The notes under the pieces were generated by a model. The model was not told where the DNA came from. It ran no database searches and saw only the letters and a program-made list of their open reading frames with translations. The position numbers and the translations under genes were made by a program. From assembly GCA_051362555.1 (NCBI GenBank), contig CM120641.1, positions 9,486,001 to 9,550,000 of the forward strand: 64,000 bases of DNA. The letters run 5' to 3'. This DNA is from Lingula anatina. Lineage: Eukaryota; Animalia; Brachiopoda. Positions 1 through 12,600 of this stretch are shown here, one piece after another. Within the stretch, counting starts at the first letter, position 1. Every line of letters begins with the position of its first letter.

Positions 1-172
1 ATTGAGTTCATTATCCATGCAGGTTCTAATAGATCAAGATCTTACGCTTGCTTTCATTATATGTACCAGTTTGTGTACAATATTTACCAAAAAATATGGT
101 GATATGCATATACATGTATACCTCTCTAACAAGATAGTTTGGAACTTTTATACTCAAGTTATATTCACTTAG

Positions 173-274
173 ACAAACCCATACCTGGGACAGTTGGTAA
201 CCTAACTATTGGACCATTAGAGAGGAGATCTGACCAGTATGTTTATGGGTTCTTTCAGTGGATGCCACCAGAGG
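173..274 (+). CDS. RTK exon, start of FN3-like domain (KPIPGTVGNLTIG...FFQWMPPE)
   Basis: ttcacttAG acceptor, G|GTAAGT donor; P-x-NL...W-x-PP FN3 pattern. Confidence 0.75.
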
Positions 275-559
275 GTAAGTAGTGCAGCATCTTATTTGAT
301 ATGCTTAGTGGATGAAACTTATTGAAATATTATTTTCTCTCCATTCTTCAGTGGTTCAGTGATATTAGGCTTATTTGTTTGCTTCCATAAATCCTGGATT
401 TTATTATAAAAGTTTTACAGTCTTTTTACAAGCCTACTTTTGAGTTTCATGTGTAAAATTCTTTGCTTTAATGTTCATAAAGATGTAAGCAGAATGTAAT
501 AATGCTTAACAAAGTCAGCAGGTGGATCCAGACTTTTTTGACAGGCTTCTAAATCATGG

Positions 560-615
<56 letters not shown>

Positions 616-3600
616 AATTGAAAATTCAATTGTGCCAAGGCTATATTTCAAAATTTATACTTTAATATTTCAAACACTTAAACATTATATGCTGTGTTTT
701 TATCTTTTGATGATCATTATAAAAGAGCAAAGTCAGAATTATAGGAATCATAAAGTGCTCTATAAAAAAGGTGATGATCAAGAATCTAAGGCCCCATTCA
801 CATCGAGAAGAGCTGAGGCTCAAGAAGGCTGAGACCTAAATATGGTGGACGTACATGAAAGAAAAACCACCTAATCCTTTAATGGTCTCTCTGCCTTTCA
901 CACGCCTCCCCATGCATCGTCCCTGCTGGGGTACAGTCATTAAATCCTGGCTCCATTGGGACGACACATGGGGAGGTGTGTGAGAGGCAGAGGGACCATT
1001 AAAGTATTAGGCGGTTTTCCTCTCATGTACATCTGCCATATTTAGGTCTCAGCCTTGTTGAGCCTTGGCTCTTCTCAATGTGAATGCAGTCTAATACACA
1101 CTATATGTGTATTACATGAATTACTATAAAAATACCTACATTTTTCCATTAACTGTTTCATCTTGCCTGCATCTTTTAGGTTGGAAATCATCAGACATTT
1201 CTTACTACAGATATCGACAATCGGCAGTGAATCCTGGGCCACCTCTTATAATTGCTAATAATAATTTTAACAGTCACCAGGTATAAAATTCATTTAGTGT
1301 TCATTTGTCTTTAATTTATTTTTAATGCTGATTAACTGAATCAGTTTATACAAAGGTATCCCTCCATTGAATGCAATAATACTTTCAATCATTAGCTGAC
1401 CAATCAGACTTTATCAGACTTCAGACAAAATATCCTGATAGATTTCAGTTCATTTTCCTATTGCCATTTATAAAAATTACAAATGAGGCTGTTTTTTTCT
1501 TAATTCAGTGAGATTAAAAAAATGAATTGATCAATAAAAACCCAATAACATTCCCGTGGATAAATATTGACTGGTAAACTTCAGTTGATTTTTTTCATAG
1601 CTATCAAGAAATAAAACTTTTTGTTTATTGCAAATGAAACTTCGCTGTGAATTTTGTACCAGTATGATTACATGATTTATCTTTACATTGATTTTTAGAC
1701 AGAGTTAACATCAGTGGAATTCAGAGTCTTGTCTAATCCTGTGAAACCAAAATTTACAGACTTGCTATATATATTTCAGGTAACTAAAAATCAGATAATT
1801 ATTTTTCAGTCTATAAGGCATTTACTTGATATAGAATATTTCATACTTTCTTAATACCTGTAGCATATAACACTTATTTTTTAAGCACCATTTTGTTTGT
1901 CTTTTTTGAACTTAGGTATAGTTTCTACTCTTTGTCCACCATTGCAGGTAACACCTGTTGCCAGCTGTGCAGAATTGCTTGTAGGAGCCACAGCAAATAT
2001 AACTTTGAATTTCTCAGGTAATCTTTTATTCTTTGTTCTCACCCATTTTTACCCATGGCACAGCCAATAAACTAGTCTATATATAAGTTGTTGATTTAAT
2101 CTTATTGTTACATATTATGACTTTATTTCACCTTTTGCAAATGAGCAATGACCTTATATGCTTGTTACCAATACAACTGCAAAAGTCATTTTTTCCCTTT
2201 TTTTCACTATAAGCAATCATTTTATATTGGTTGATGCACTGGGAAGTATTATGAATTGTGGTGATTTCAGATTGTAACTCTGTCAGAAACTTTGAGGACT
2301 GCAGTGCCCAGAAACCTAAAGGTTAGATTGAAAATTTGTGATGGGCAGGAGATGGGAAATAGATATTTTTGGTGTAGCTTGTACTTTTCGACTATTTTTT
2401 TCAGCAAAAGGATGAAATTAAACTATCAAATACCAAACATGATTTGCCATCAACATTCCATTCAATTATAGATACCAAATTCAACATGGTTAAAGATACC
2501 TGCTTGGGTTCACTGTGGATTCTTCCTAAACTGGCCAATGAATTTTAAATAATTTTCATTGAGTTTCATATAATATTTTGTGGTTCATTTTCACAGGTGA
2601 TGGTGTTTCTATATTGGTTTAAGGTTCCCTAAAAACTACTTATTTATGTAATTTTTATTTCATTTTTTTTTTAGACTTTTTAGGATATATATATATATAT
2701 ATATATATGTATTTGTAGAACTTGCTAACATGAAACTCATGTTCAGATATATGATTCAATTTGCAACAAATTCCTGGATTCTTATTTTCAATAAAAAGAT
2801 GGATTGTTGTAATAATTTGCCATATTTGTGTGGAAGTGGTGTATGATGGTACCTTGTAGAATGTTTGATTTTGTACGGTATTTTAATATCTTTTAATTGC
2901 TTTTTAAGAAAATAAGAAGAAATTACAATCTGTATATATTTCCATTTACATGAAAAATGTCATTGGTTATTTTGTACTGTACATATAATATAGTTACCAT
3001 CTGCATTCATAAAAAGTTATTCCAGTCATTAATGCTGTTATTTTGATTCAGAATTGAATACATTCAGTTCAAGCATGAATAATTAAAATGACATCACTAT
3101 TACTGTAACATCTATGCAGTTTACTGTACAGTCTCATTTTACCTCAATCATCATTATTATTATTTTCAGAAGAAATGTTAATATGACATTGATATCAATC
3201 CAGAACTAAGGCCATTTAAACTAAAGATCCTCAATCTAACATTTATTCATTATTCTATATAGCATCCCCATGCTTTTTGTATTACTATTATTATTATGAA
3301 CTTCCTATAATTATTATACCCACTAATTGTAAATCAAATATATTGTTCTTTTCAGTTCCTCGTTACCCAGGAAGAGTAAATTTGAGTACTGTGACATTAC
3401 ATTCAGTTCCCTTTAGTAATTCCGAGATATTGGTGGCCTGGCAACCCCCTGAGACTAACCCTGCTGCAGTGGAGAGGTATGAGCTACAGTGGGGCCCAGT
3501 AGATGAAAACACGGGGAACCCATTGCAACATGCAATGCCTCTGCAGGTAGAGGGCAGTGCAAGTTTGGGAGCTGTAAGTACAATTGAAAGATGAATGCTT

Positions 3601-6600
3601 TAAATGTCTTGAATCCTAGAGCAGCCAGGTTGAGCTGTGTCTTAAGTAGATGTATGGTTATACAGTTTGGTCACTTACAATTTCCTGAAGTGGATTTCAG
3701 TTGTGCATTTAACACTTTTCCATTAATGCCAAATAATTATTTCACCTAATACACTCATTTATCATACTCATTCATTCATTCATAAACCTGCATTCCAGAT
3801 TTTGCTGAAAATCAATCCCATCTTTCATCATTAAGTTACCACTGTATAGTTTGGAAGAAAAGTCTGTTCATATCCCTGGTTTAACTATTTTCTGTTTTCC
3901 ATAGTTTTACATTAATGTGGCTGATTGGTTTTTTAGTCCAAAACTAAAGAATAAGTAGAAAACCCCTAGAATAATGAATTGCACATTTGGTGTTTTATTT
4001 CACATGACTAAGTTTAAACATTTTAAACAATTTAAACATTTTAAACGAGATTTAATTAAGTTATGATAATAATCAGTTTAAAGATTTCTTGAGATACACC
4101 AATATTTGCCACCTATGCCTTTTATAATGTTTTATTGTTTTCACTTTAGAATCATCTGAATAAAACAATTACTGTCCGTGAGCCACATAGAAAATATGGC
4201 ATTGAGGTAGTATATATATATATATATATATAAGTGACAGCTGAATTTGAAAAAGGAATGTATATTAATTTTGTCATATTCAGTTTCTGTCAATTAAAAG
4301 AGTTAAAACTTTTAGCACTAGATGACAAAAACAAGAAAGTTTCTGTTCAAAAGCTATTTTCAAAACACACAGTCTACTTTCACAATCACCTTTAAAGTGA
4401 CTTTTCTCACTTCTGTTCTATACAAAGGCAAGTAAGATCTTCACCAGATTGGTTACTTTCAGATTGCAGCTCTGGGCAGGGATGAACAGCCTGAATGGAA
4501 TTTTCTACTTTACAAACCATTTGAACCTTTTTGGCTCCCATGTATGTAATGATCAATCAAATGTCAGAGACAATGATTAGTTATGTAAAGCTAGCATTCA
4601 AGTTTACTTAACAACATCTGCTATTCTAAGTTAGAGAGCACTTTATTTTCAAAAATGTAATTACTCCAAAATTTTAAATACCTCAATTTTTTTTTTTTGT
4701 GTGTGTGTGTGTGTATATAATTTTTTAAGGGTATATTGTTTTCAAAAACTCTTACTTTTACTATTACTATTACTTTCTGCTTAAATCATGATCCTGAAAA
4801 GCAGACAACAATTTTTCTGTTAATGTTCATGATAAAAATTTTCACATATGTATATATTTTTATATGAGACTGACGATTTTGGCCGTATCTATATCTCAAT
4901 ATTTTAATAGTGCTTGAACCAGAAGGCAACAGGTCTTACAATATTGATGGTGGAAGTGCTCCAAACCCTATTGATGATAGATTGATACCTGATGGCAACA
5001 TACCTCTCTTTCCATCATCCGCACCAATAAGTCCAAGACCACCTATACACAGGAACCAATCTGTGCCCAGGGAATCCCCAGGTAGAATTTTGATTGAAAT
5101 CTAATAGAAATTTAAACATTCATAAATAATATTGTTGTCCTGAGTTCAGTGGCCAAACAGGTGGCAGTACTTCTACTGGTAATTCTCCACCTTGTCTTTG
5201 ATGACACCTTTTTAACCTTTTTTATATGTTTCCTGTAATGTTTTTTTTTTTTATTTCATGACAAAATTCTTTAAAATAAAATAAAACATCTGTGTTATTC
5301 AAAGTGTCAAAAATTTTAAAGTTTTAAAATTCTTTTTCTTTACATGTTACTGTATATCCTGCCACTAGACCAGGAAGCTGATAACTTTTTTACTTTGTAT
5401 AAACACCATTGATTTTGACAGCTGACACTACTCTCTGAAAAATTACCCTTCAAATGTTCAATAAAGAAAATTTTGAAACTCCATCTAATGTTGCATAAGA
5501 AAAATTGACACATTTGAAAATAACTAAACTTTTAACTAAAATATGTGCATAGTTTAAAGTTTAACTAAATCATGTGCTTAATTTCAAGTCTAACTAGAAT
5601 ATGTGCATTTTACATGGCATTATTACATCTTTATTTTTACAGCAAAATCCAAACCAAATCAAACTGCAAGTGAAACTGACAGTAAAACCCTCATCATTAT
5701 TGTTCCTTCTGCCATGGGAGGATTTGTGCTACTGTTCGTGGCATGTTCATGTGCTCGCTGTTACCAAAAGAGGCTCAAGAAAATGAAAACAAAGAGAACT
5801 GGACTCTATGACCACAACATTGTGTTCAGTATCCCAGGAATGGTGGACAATGAGAATTATGCCTCAGTAGATATACAGTAGGTAGCAGTGTCACTTGATG
5901 GTCTCTGAAAATGTCATGTGTCACCACTTAAGTGTCACCTGGTTTTATAACATCAACATCAAACAACTTGTGTGTGACTGGTGTTGGCTTTTAATTGCTC
6001 TTTAATCACAAAGATGGGGACATCACTACATGATTGCCAACTGCATGAGCATGACATGTCACCAAAGTATGATAATTATGAGTGTCATGTGGTGACATCT
6101 TGAGAAAGGATAGATAAATAATCTAATGATTGATACCATTGTTAAATTTCTGTAGGTTGTATGTATATTTGACCATAAATGATTCTAAGCGATTATATTT
6201 GAATTCGTTGAGATTTTTTTCTGTGAGACGGTTTTCAGTGATATTGCCTGAAGTTTAATGATATCAACATTGATGACATCAGTATAAAAACAATGCTATT
6301 TTGTAATTGGCTAATATCTGAGGTCACAATTATCAAAGCCACCCCTCATTTTGATTGTATATTGTTTAGATAAATGATATCAATCATTATTTTTCCTTAA
6401 ATCACTTTTATGTAAACTTTCATAAACTTTAGTGACAAACATACTTACCATTTCCCATGCGTAGACCTCCAGTGAGAGCAGACCAATGGGAAATATCCAA
6501 GTCAAGAATCCTTTTTGGTGAGGTGCTTGGTGAAGGAGCATTTGGCATGGTGTACAAAGGTTATGTGACTGGCCATATGCATGCTCAGCGATTGTCATCA

Positions 6601-9600
6601 TCTGATAGTGCTCACTTAGAGAGAGATCAAAATTTGACTGTTGCTGTCAAAGTGTGCCATGGTGAGTACTAATTAACTGTATAGCTAGTGTTCAGCTTTA
6701 TCAGCTTTAAATTTGACTTTACAGTCAAACAGCATCTAATAGACATGTATTTTAAAGCATGTTCTAATCTTCAAAGTGTTTTACTATGAAGACTGTAAAA
6801 TGGATGACTTAAACTATATTATGCACAAATAATTGTTTCATCAATAAATGAATATTAGTTCTCCTTTGGATCTTATATCTTCAAAACATAAACTGTCTTC
6901 AATATTACATATAATGTCAGTTTTACCACTTTCAATTATACAAAAAAAATTGTCAAATATATGTAAATAAGTTTATTGGTAAAACTGACATTGGACATCT
7001 AGGGAAAAGTATCAGAAAACAGAACAAAAAATGTTTCAGTGGAGTATTTGGCTGCCATAATTTTCCCTCGTAAACTTCTAATTAAGGTTTGTATTCATGT
7101 AATATTGTTTTTTTTTTCATGCAAATTGATTATGCCTGAAAGGCTTTTTCATATGTTTTGGCATGGGCTTTAATCTGATACTTCCAAAATTCCTTTTAAC
7201 TTTATTTCAGAGTTTGCAGATGATGGTCAGAAAACAGAATTTTTGAAAGAGATCTGTTTGATGAAAGCCTTGGGACACCACCAACATATTGTAAGCCTCA
7301 TTGGCTGCTGCACTCTGGAACAACCCTTGTGTCTGATAGTTGAACATATGAGCCATGGGGACCTACTGCATTATCTGAAAGCTCACAGGATGAATATGTC
7401 ACAGGTACTGTACTGGCTGTACTGTCACATACTAGACTGTAAAACGTACTGTCAAACAATACATGTCATCAGACACACCTACTGTAAAACATGCCATTGA
7501 AAAGTATACCATTTCTAATGGAATCACAGGTGAGGATCCTCAGCAAAAATGAAGGAGTATGCAAGAATAATTGTTGCTGCAAATTTACAAGACCATCTAA
7601 GGTTTGCAAAAAGTATTCATATCCTTTCCCAATAAAAGCAACTTCATTTGCATGGTAAAATTCCTTATGGCAAATTTGCAGCAGCAGTTTGTGAGCAGCA
7701 TTAAATTTGGTGAAGGGTAATCAAATATGGCTAACCCACGTGAAAGCTTATTGCATAATCCCCTTGATAAATCTATTCAATGGATTAATTAATTAGAGTA
7801 TTCCAGTAAAAAAAAAAATAGGATGCAGGAACAGTTTTTAAAATAAGACCAACAAAGTGGATAATTTTTTTTCATTAAATTTCAATCAGGAATGTTATTT
7901 CAGGGCAGTTCAGAGGCTTCTAGGAATACAGATATACATGTAGATAGTCAAGAATCCATTTACCCATCATGTGGTGTGGTGGAAGGGGAGACACTGTCAT
8001 ACTCAGATCTGCTGTCTTTTGGAAGGCAGATTGCTGTGGGAATGGTAAGAAAAATTTATCCTGACATAAAAATGGCATTCAAAAGCTTTCCAACATTTTC
8101 TACTATTCTGTTTATTTTTACTCAGATTTATCATTCCTTGGATGAAAATAAATAATTATTGGCCTGTACCTGATGAATATTCAAACAAATTTTCTTATAA
8201 TCAATTATTGACACAAAAGCATTATTAATTTTTTAATATAGTTGTAAAGATGTAGATATAAAGATGTAAATTGTCTTGCAACAAAAAAAGTAAATAACTA
8301 GTGCTAATTCAATGTGCAACTGTTCAGTGAATTTGAACACCACACTAACTGTAGTAAATAATTCTTTGTCTTCATCAGGAATATCTCTCCCAAAAAGGTT
8401 ATGTTCATCGTGACCTTGCAACCAGAAATGTTCTCATTGGAGAAGGTAAAAATGTCAAGATTGGTGATTTTGGACTAACTAGATACATATATGATGACAA
8501 AATTTACTGTAACAGAAAAGGTGGAAAACTCCCTTTGAAGTGGATGTCAATAGAGGCCATTTTTGATTTGACTTTCTCTACTGCAAGTGATGTGTAAGTA
8601 TTTATGTTTATGATTTACCTTTTTTACTGCTTCCGTCCTTATTATTCATTGGAAAGATGAAAATTTTAAGTAAATGTCCAAATGGACAAAACTCCTGTTT
8701 TTTTAATTTTTTTCTTTAAAAAATTAATGTTCACAACTGGTAAAAGATGGCGCTACAATCTGGCAGTTGTCTCCTTAAGATGTAAGCTTCATTTCTATAC
8801 TGTGATATTTCAATATATAAATTCTTAAGAGAATAATTTTTAAATAGAGAAGTGGAAAGGGCCCTTCATCATCTACTTAATGCCTTGTCTTAAGACATAA
8901 TTTGATATTTTCCATTTTCTATATCTTTAGCTGGGCATATGGAGTTGTGTTGTTTGAGTTGGTGACACTAGGTGGCACTCCTTACCCTACCATTGCCAAT
9001 AAGGACCTACTGAAGGAGCTTCAAAATGGTTATAGGATGGAAAAACCTGATAACTGTACAGATGAATTGTAAGTAGTTATTTATGGTATGAGCTTTGGTG
9101 GAGAAAAGTGTCTTTTTTTAATTAAAAGTCTGCTTTGTGACAGTTACCAGATATCTGGAGGCCAACAGGTATATATATATATATGCCTAAATTAATCTTC
9201 ACTTTGCCAGATTGTTTTAACAAAATTGACAAAACAAAAACTTTTTAGCCAATAAAACAGTCAAGGAGGTGGTAATGTTATGATCTAGGCTGCCATTGGC
9301 CACTAAGATAACCAGGGATAGAGACAACCATTCCTCAGTCAGAACCATAATACTTGGGCTTCATTCACATGCAATGTCTATTTTCTAAATTCTATTTTCT
9401 ATTCGCGGTATGTCTTATGATCAAGGTCTGTGCCCTTAACATCCCGCGGCGTAATTACTGGCAGCGCGAGCCAGTTACTATAAGTAACTGGCTCGCACTG
9501 CCAGTAATTACACGGCGGGATATTCAGGGCACAGACCGTGATCATAAGATAGCGCGAAAAGAAAATAGAATTTAGAAAATAGACATTGCATGTGAACGAA

Positions 9601-12600
9601 GCCTTGGTTATTGGCCAGAATAGTTGGTGGTACACTGTATGAAGTAAAGTCAGTGGTCAGTGGACCAGTTTTGCATATTGCTTTTATAAAACATAATGAT
9701 AAATGCAGTAAATGATAAGTCAATTATACATATGATCAAAATGATTGTTAATTAATTTTTTCTCACATGTATCTACATGTATTTTTGCATATAATATTGA
9801 TAATTTGTTGATGAAATTTATTAAAAGTGATTTTTCCATGAGATATTTTCTGTTAAAAATAGATGTGGAATGCTGGTCACATGTACAAATAACTAATTAC
9901 TAACAAAAATTCTAAGACAACATCCAAATTTGCAGAGCTTTTTTCAGATAAAAAGCAAAACCCAACGTGGAGTCTGCATTTAGTTTGAATATTTCCAGAA
10001 TTTTCATGTTAATTTCTGAGACTAATCTCCATTCCAATCCACTGTGTTGTAATGAAAAGGGCTGGGACTGTATCAGAAGAACAAGTGAATCATAGGCACT
10101 TACTCCACCTTTTCCTCCTTTTAATGCAATAATCTAAGGTGTGACCACTACTCTACCACTACTATTGAGTCACAAGGGCTGAAATCTAACAGTAAATTCT
10201 CAGCTATGAGTGGCCTTTAGGGTATGTAAGAATTAAATGAATTAAGGCAGAAGATTGCCAGTGATGGCTTGGAAGGAAAATTTATGGTTTAAAACATTGG
10301 ATGTTAGTTACTTTGAAGTTTTTCACCCAAAAACATTTAAAATTGTCTTCTTTTCTGTGCTTGGATCCAGTTTCTGACAAAGAGTGGTCTTTTTTTTAAC
10401 TATCCTTAATAGACTGGCAAATTGTAAAAGAGAAGTGCATTTAAGAAACACTGTAATGTTAACAACTTGTATCCTACTGTGATTTGTTCTAGATGTAATT
10501 TGTATGAGCCCTGCAGTTCATAGAGACAACATTATGTCATGTTGTTCAATGTGAATTTCCTGGGGAGCTGATCTAAATCTCCCGTTTACTAAGGTTTTAC
10601 TCATAGTGCTCAGTTGCTTGTATGAGGTCTGAGGTCAAGAATTTGAAACTGTGAATGCCTTTTAATGAAATTGAATGTTTAAGATACATGCATTTGGTCA
10701 TTGCTTCTCCAATGTGCATATGCTTTTCATGTAAGCTAATTATTCTGTTCTTTTCTCCCCACTTGTTTCATAGTAAGCCTGGGTAACAAAATCATCTCTT
10801 CAGGTTCAACTTTTAAATTTTAGTTTAGGAAAGAAATCAGTATATGAATAGACAAGAGGAAAATGTTTGACATACATGTAATCTGTAACCAGTGGCATTT
10901 AGACTGAAGTATTTAGATGTAGGATAACAGAACATCACAAAAAGATTTTGAAAAAATATATATATGATAGAATTTATTCTCTGCACAATTAGCATATCTT
11001 ACAATTACACTGTACATGTATATAGTTTCTTTCGTGTCCATTCAACTAAAAAAGACCAAAGCTTTATGCAGATAGTATTAGTTTAGAAACCAGTAACTTT
11101 TTTTGTTTTCAAAATTCTGAGCCCTACCTCCCCCCAGATCGTGAGGATCAAATTATAAAAATATTCATCACAAGGCATATGGTAGAAATAAAACTGTTTG
11201 TATTTATTTTCATAGTTTTGATTTTATTGTCATAGTACACTTTAGAAACTTTTTATTTTTAACCATTTTATGTCAAAATTTGGTTTAATTTTTTAGGTGT
11301 CTTGAGTTATAATCATATTATCTGAATCTCTAGAATTTATCTTATTTATTTGTATGGACTGTTATCAAGTTTTAAAGGATGCCTTAGGTTGTAAAAGGAT
11401 TAAGGGGCATGAATTGAGTACTGTACATGTAAATTATGGCTTCATCTCCTAGTTAAAAGAAAAAATCGGCCTCAGTTTAATTGTTTTAAAGGTCTAGTAA
11501 ATAACTCTTAATTGGCTTCAGTAGTTCTTACTTCAGGATTCAGTTTTGATATATTTTTTAATTTTCCTGGCTGTTCTAGGCAAACCCAGATCTCTGCCAC
11601 AGAAATGAATGTAAGGGTCATTGAGTAAATTAGCTGGCCAGTGAGCAAGTAAACAGATATGCTGATCTTTGGAAAGTGGAAAACAAAGTTATTTTAATAT
11701 CCTGTCTTTATGTTTAAATTTAATTTTGGCTGCACAGTTCTTTTTGATGTTTCCTTTTCCAACATTGGTTATAAAATCTAATCAAAATACCTATTTTTTC
11801 TTTTCTTTTCTTTTCTTTATTTCATTTTTTTTCATAAGAATGTAGAAAGGTGCATTTTTCTTAAAGATGAACTTGTTGAAAAGTAGATCATTTAGGAATA
11901 TATCAAAGTGTGAAATGAATTCTGTGATTATTATTTTGTATTTTAAACTTTTCCACTGTGCCCTTTTATAGAATTGCTAGATCTTAGTGGTATTATAAAG
12001 GCCATGTGGTTGATATTAAGTCTAGTCCTAATGACAGGTAAATTACCAGCTCTTTTTAAAAGACAGCCAATTTAAAAATGTTCAGACTTCTTGCTAAGTT
12101 GAGTTGGCATTTCAAATCAGGAATTGGCAGTCCACAATCTAGGAGCTCATTCTGGTTTGAGGATTTCCAGATCTAGAAATTTCAAGGCTTCAAGTGACTA
12201 CACATCTCTGAAGTGAATAGTTTTGTGGTGAGAAAAAATCCTAATGGGTGTTTCAATTGGTTTTGTATTGAAAAAGTTTTAAGTGGCATTACAAGCCATC
12301 TTTTATTGCTCTTTATGTTTGGTATTGGTGAAAGCTTTTAAGCCAAGGGTGGGGTACTACCATTTAAGATGCAGATATTTGCCCATTATACTAAAACTAA
12401 ACAAGATAGACTTACAAGATTAAAGAAAACATCAAATGGATGAAGTGTGCTTGTGTTTTGGTCCTTTTATCACACTCCTTCTAATGTGACAATTTGAACC
12501 TTTAATTTATCTCTTGAAAGCTTAGTTAACTCAAGATCAGTAAGATATTTAGAAAACATGATATAGGTTGCTGTTCTATATTTCCAGATAGAATTTCTTC

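Noticed and set aside
7405-7500. Degenerate TACTGT repeats extending the kinase ORF into the intron
   Set aside because: Low-complexity intron sequence; canonical donor at 7404 explains the protein.
9354-9723. Similar ORFs on both strands
   Set aside because: By-product of the palindromic MITE.
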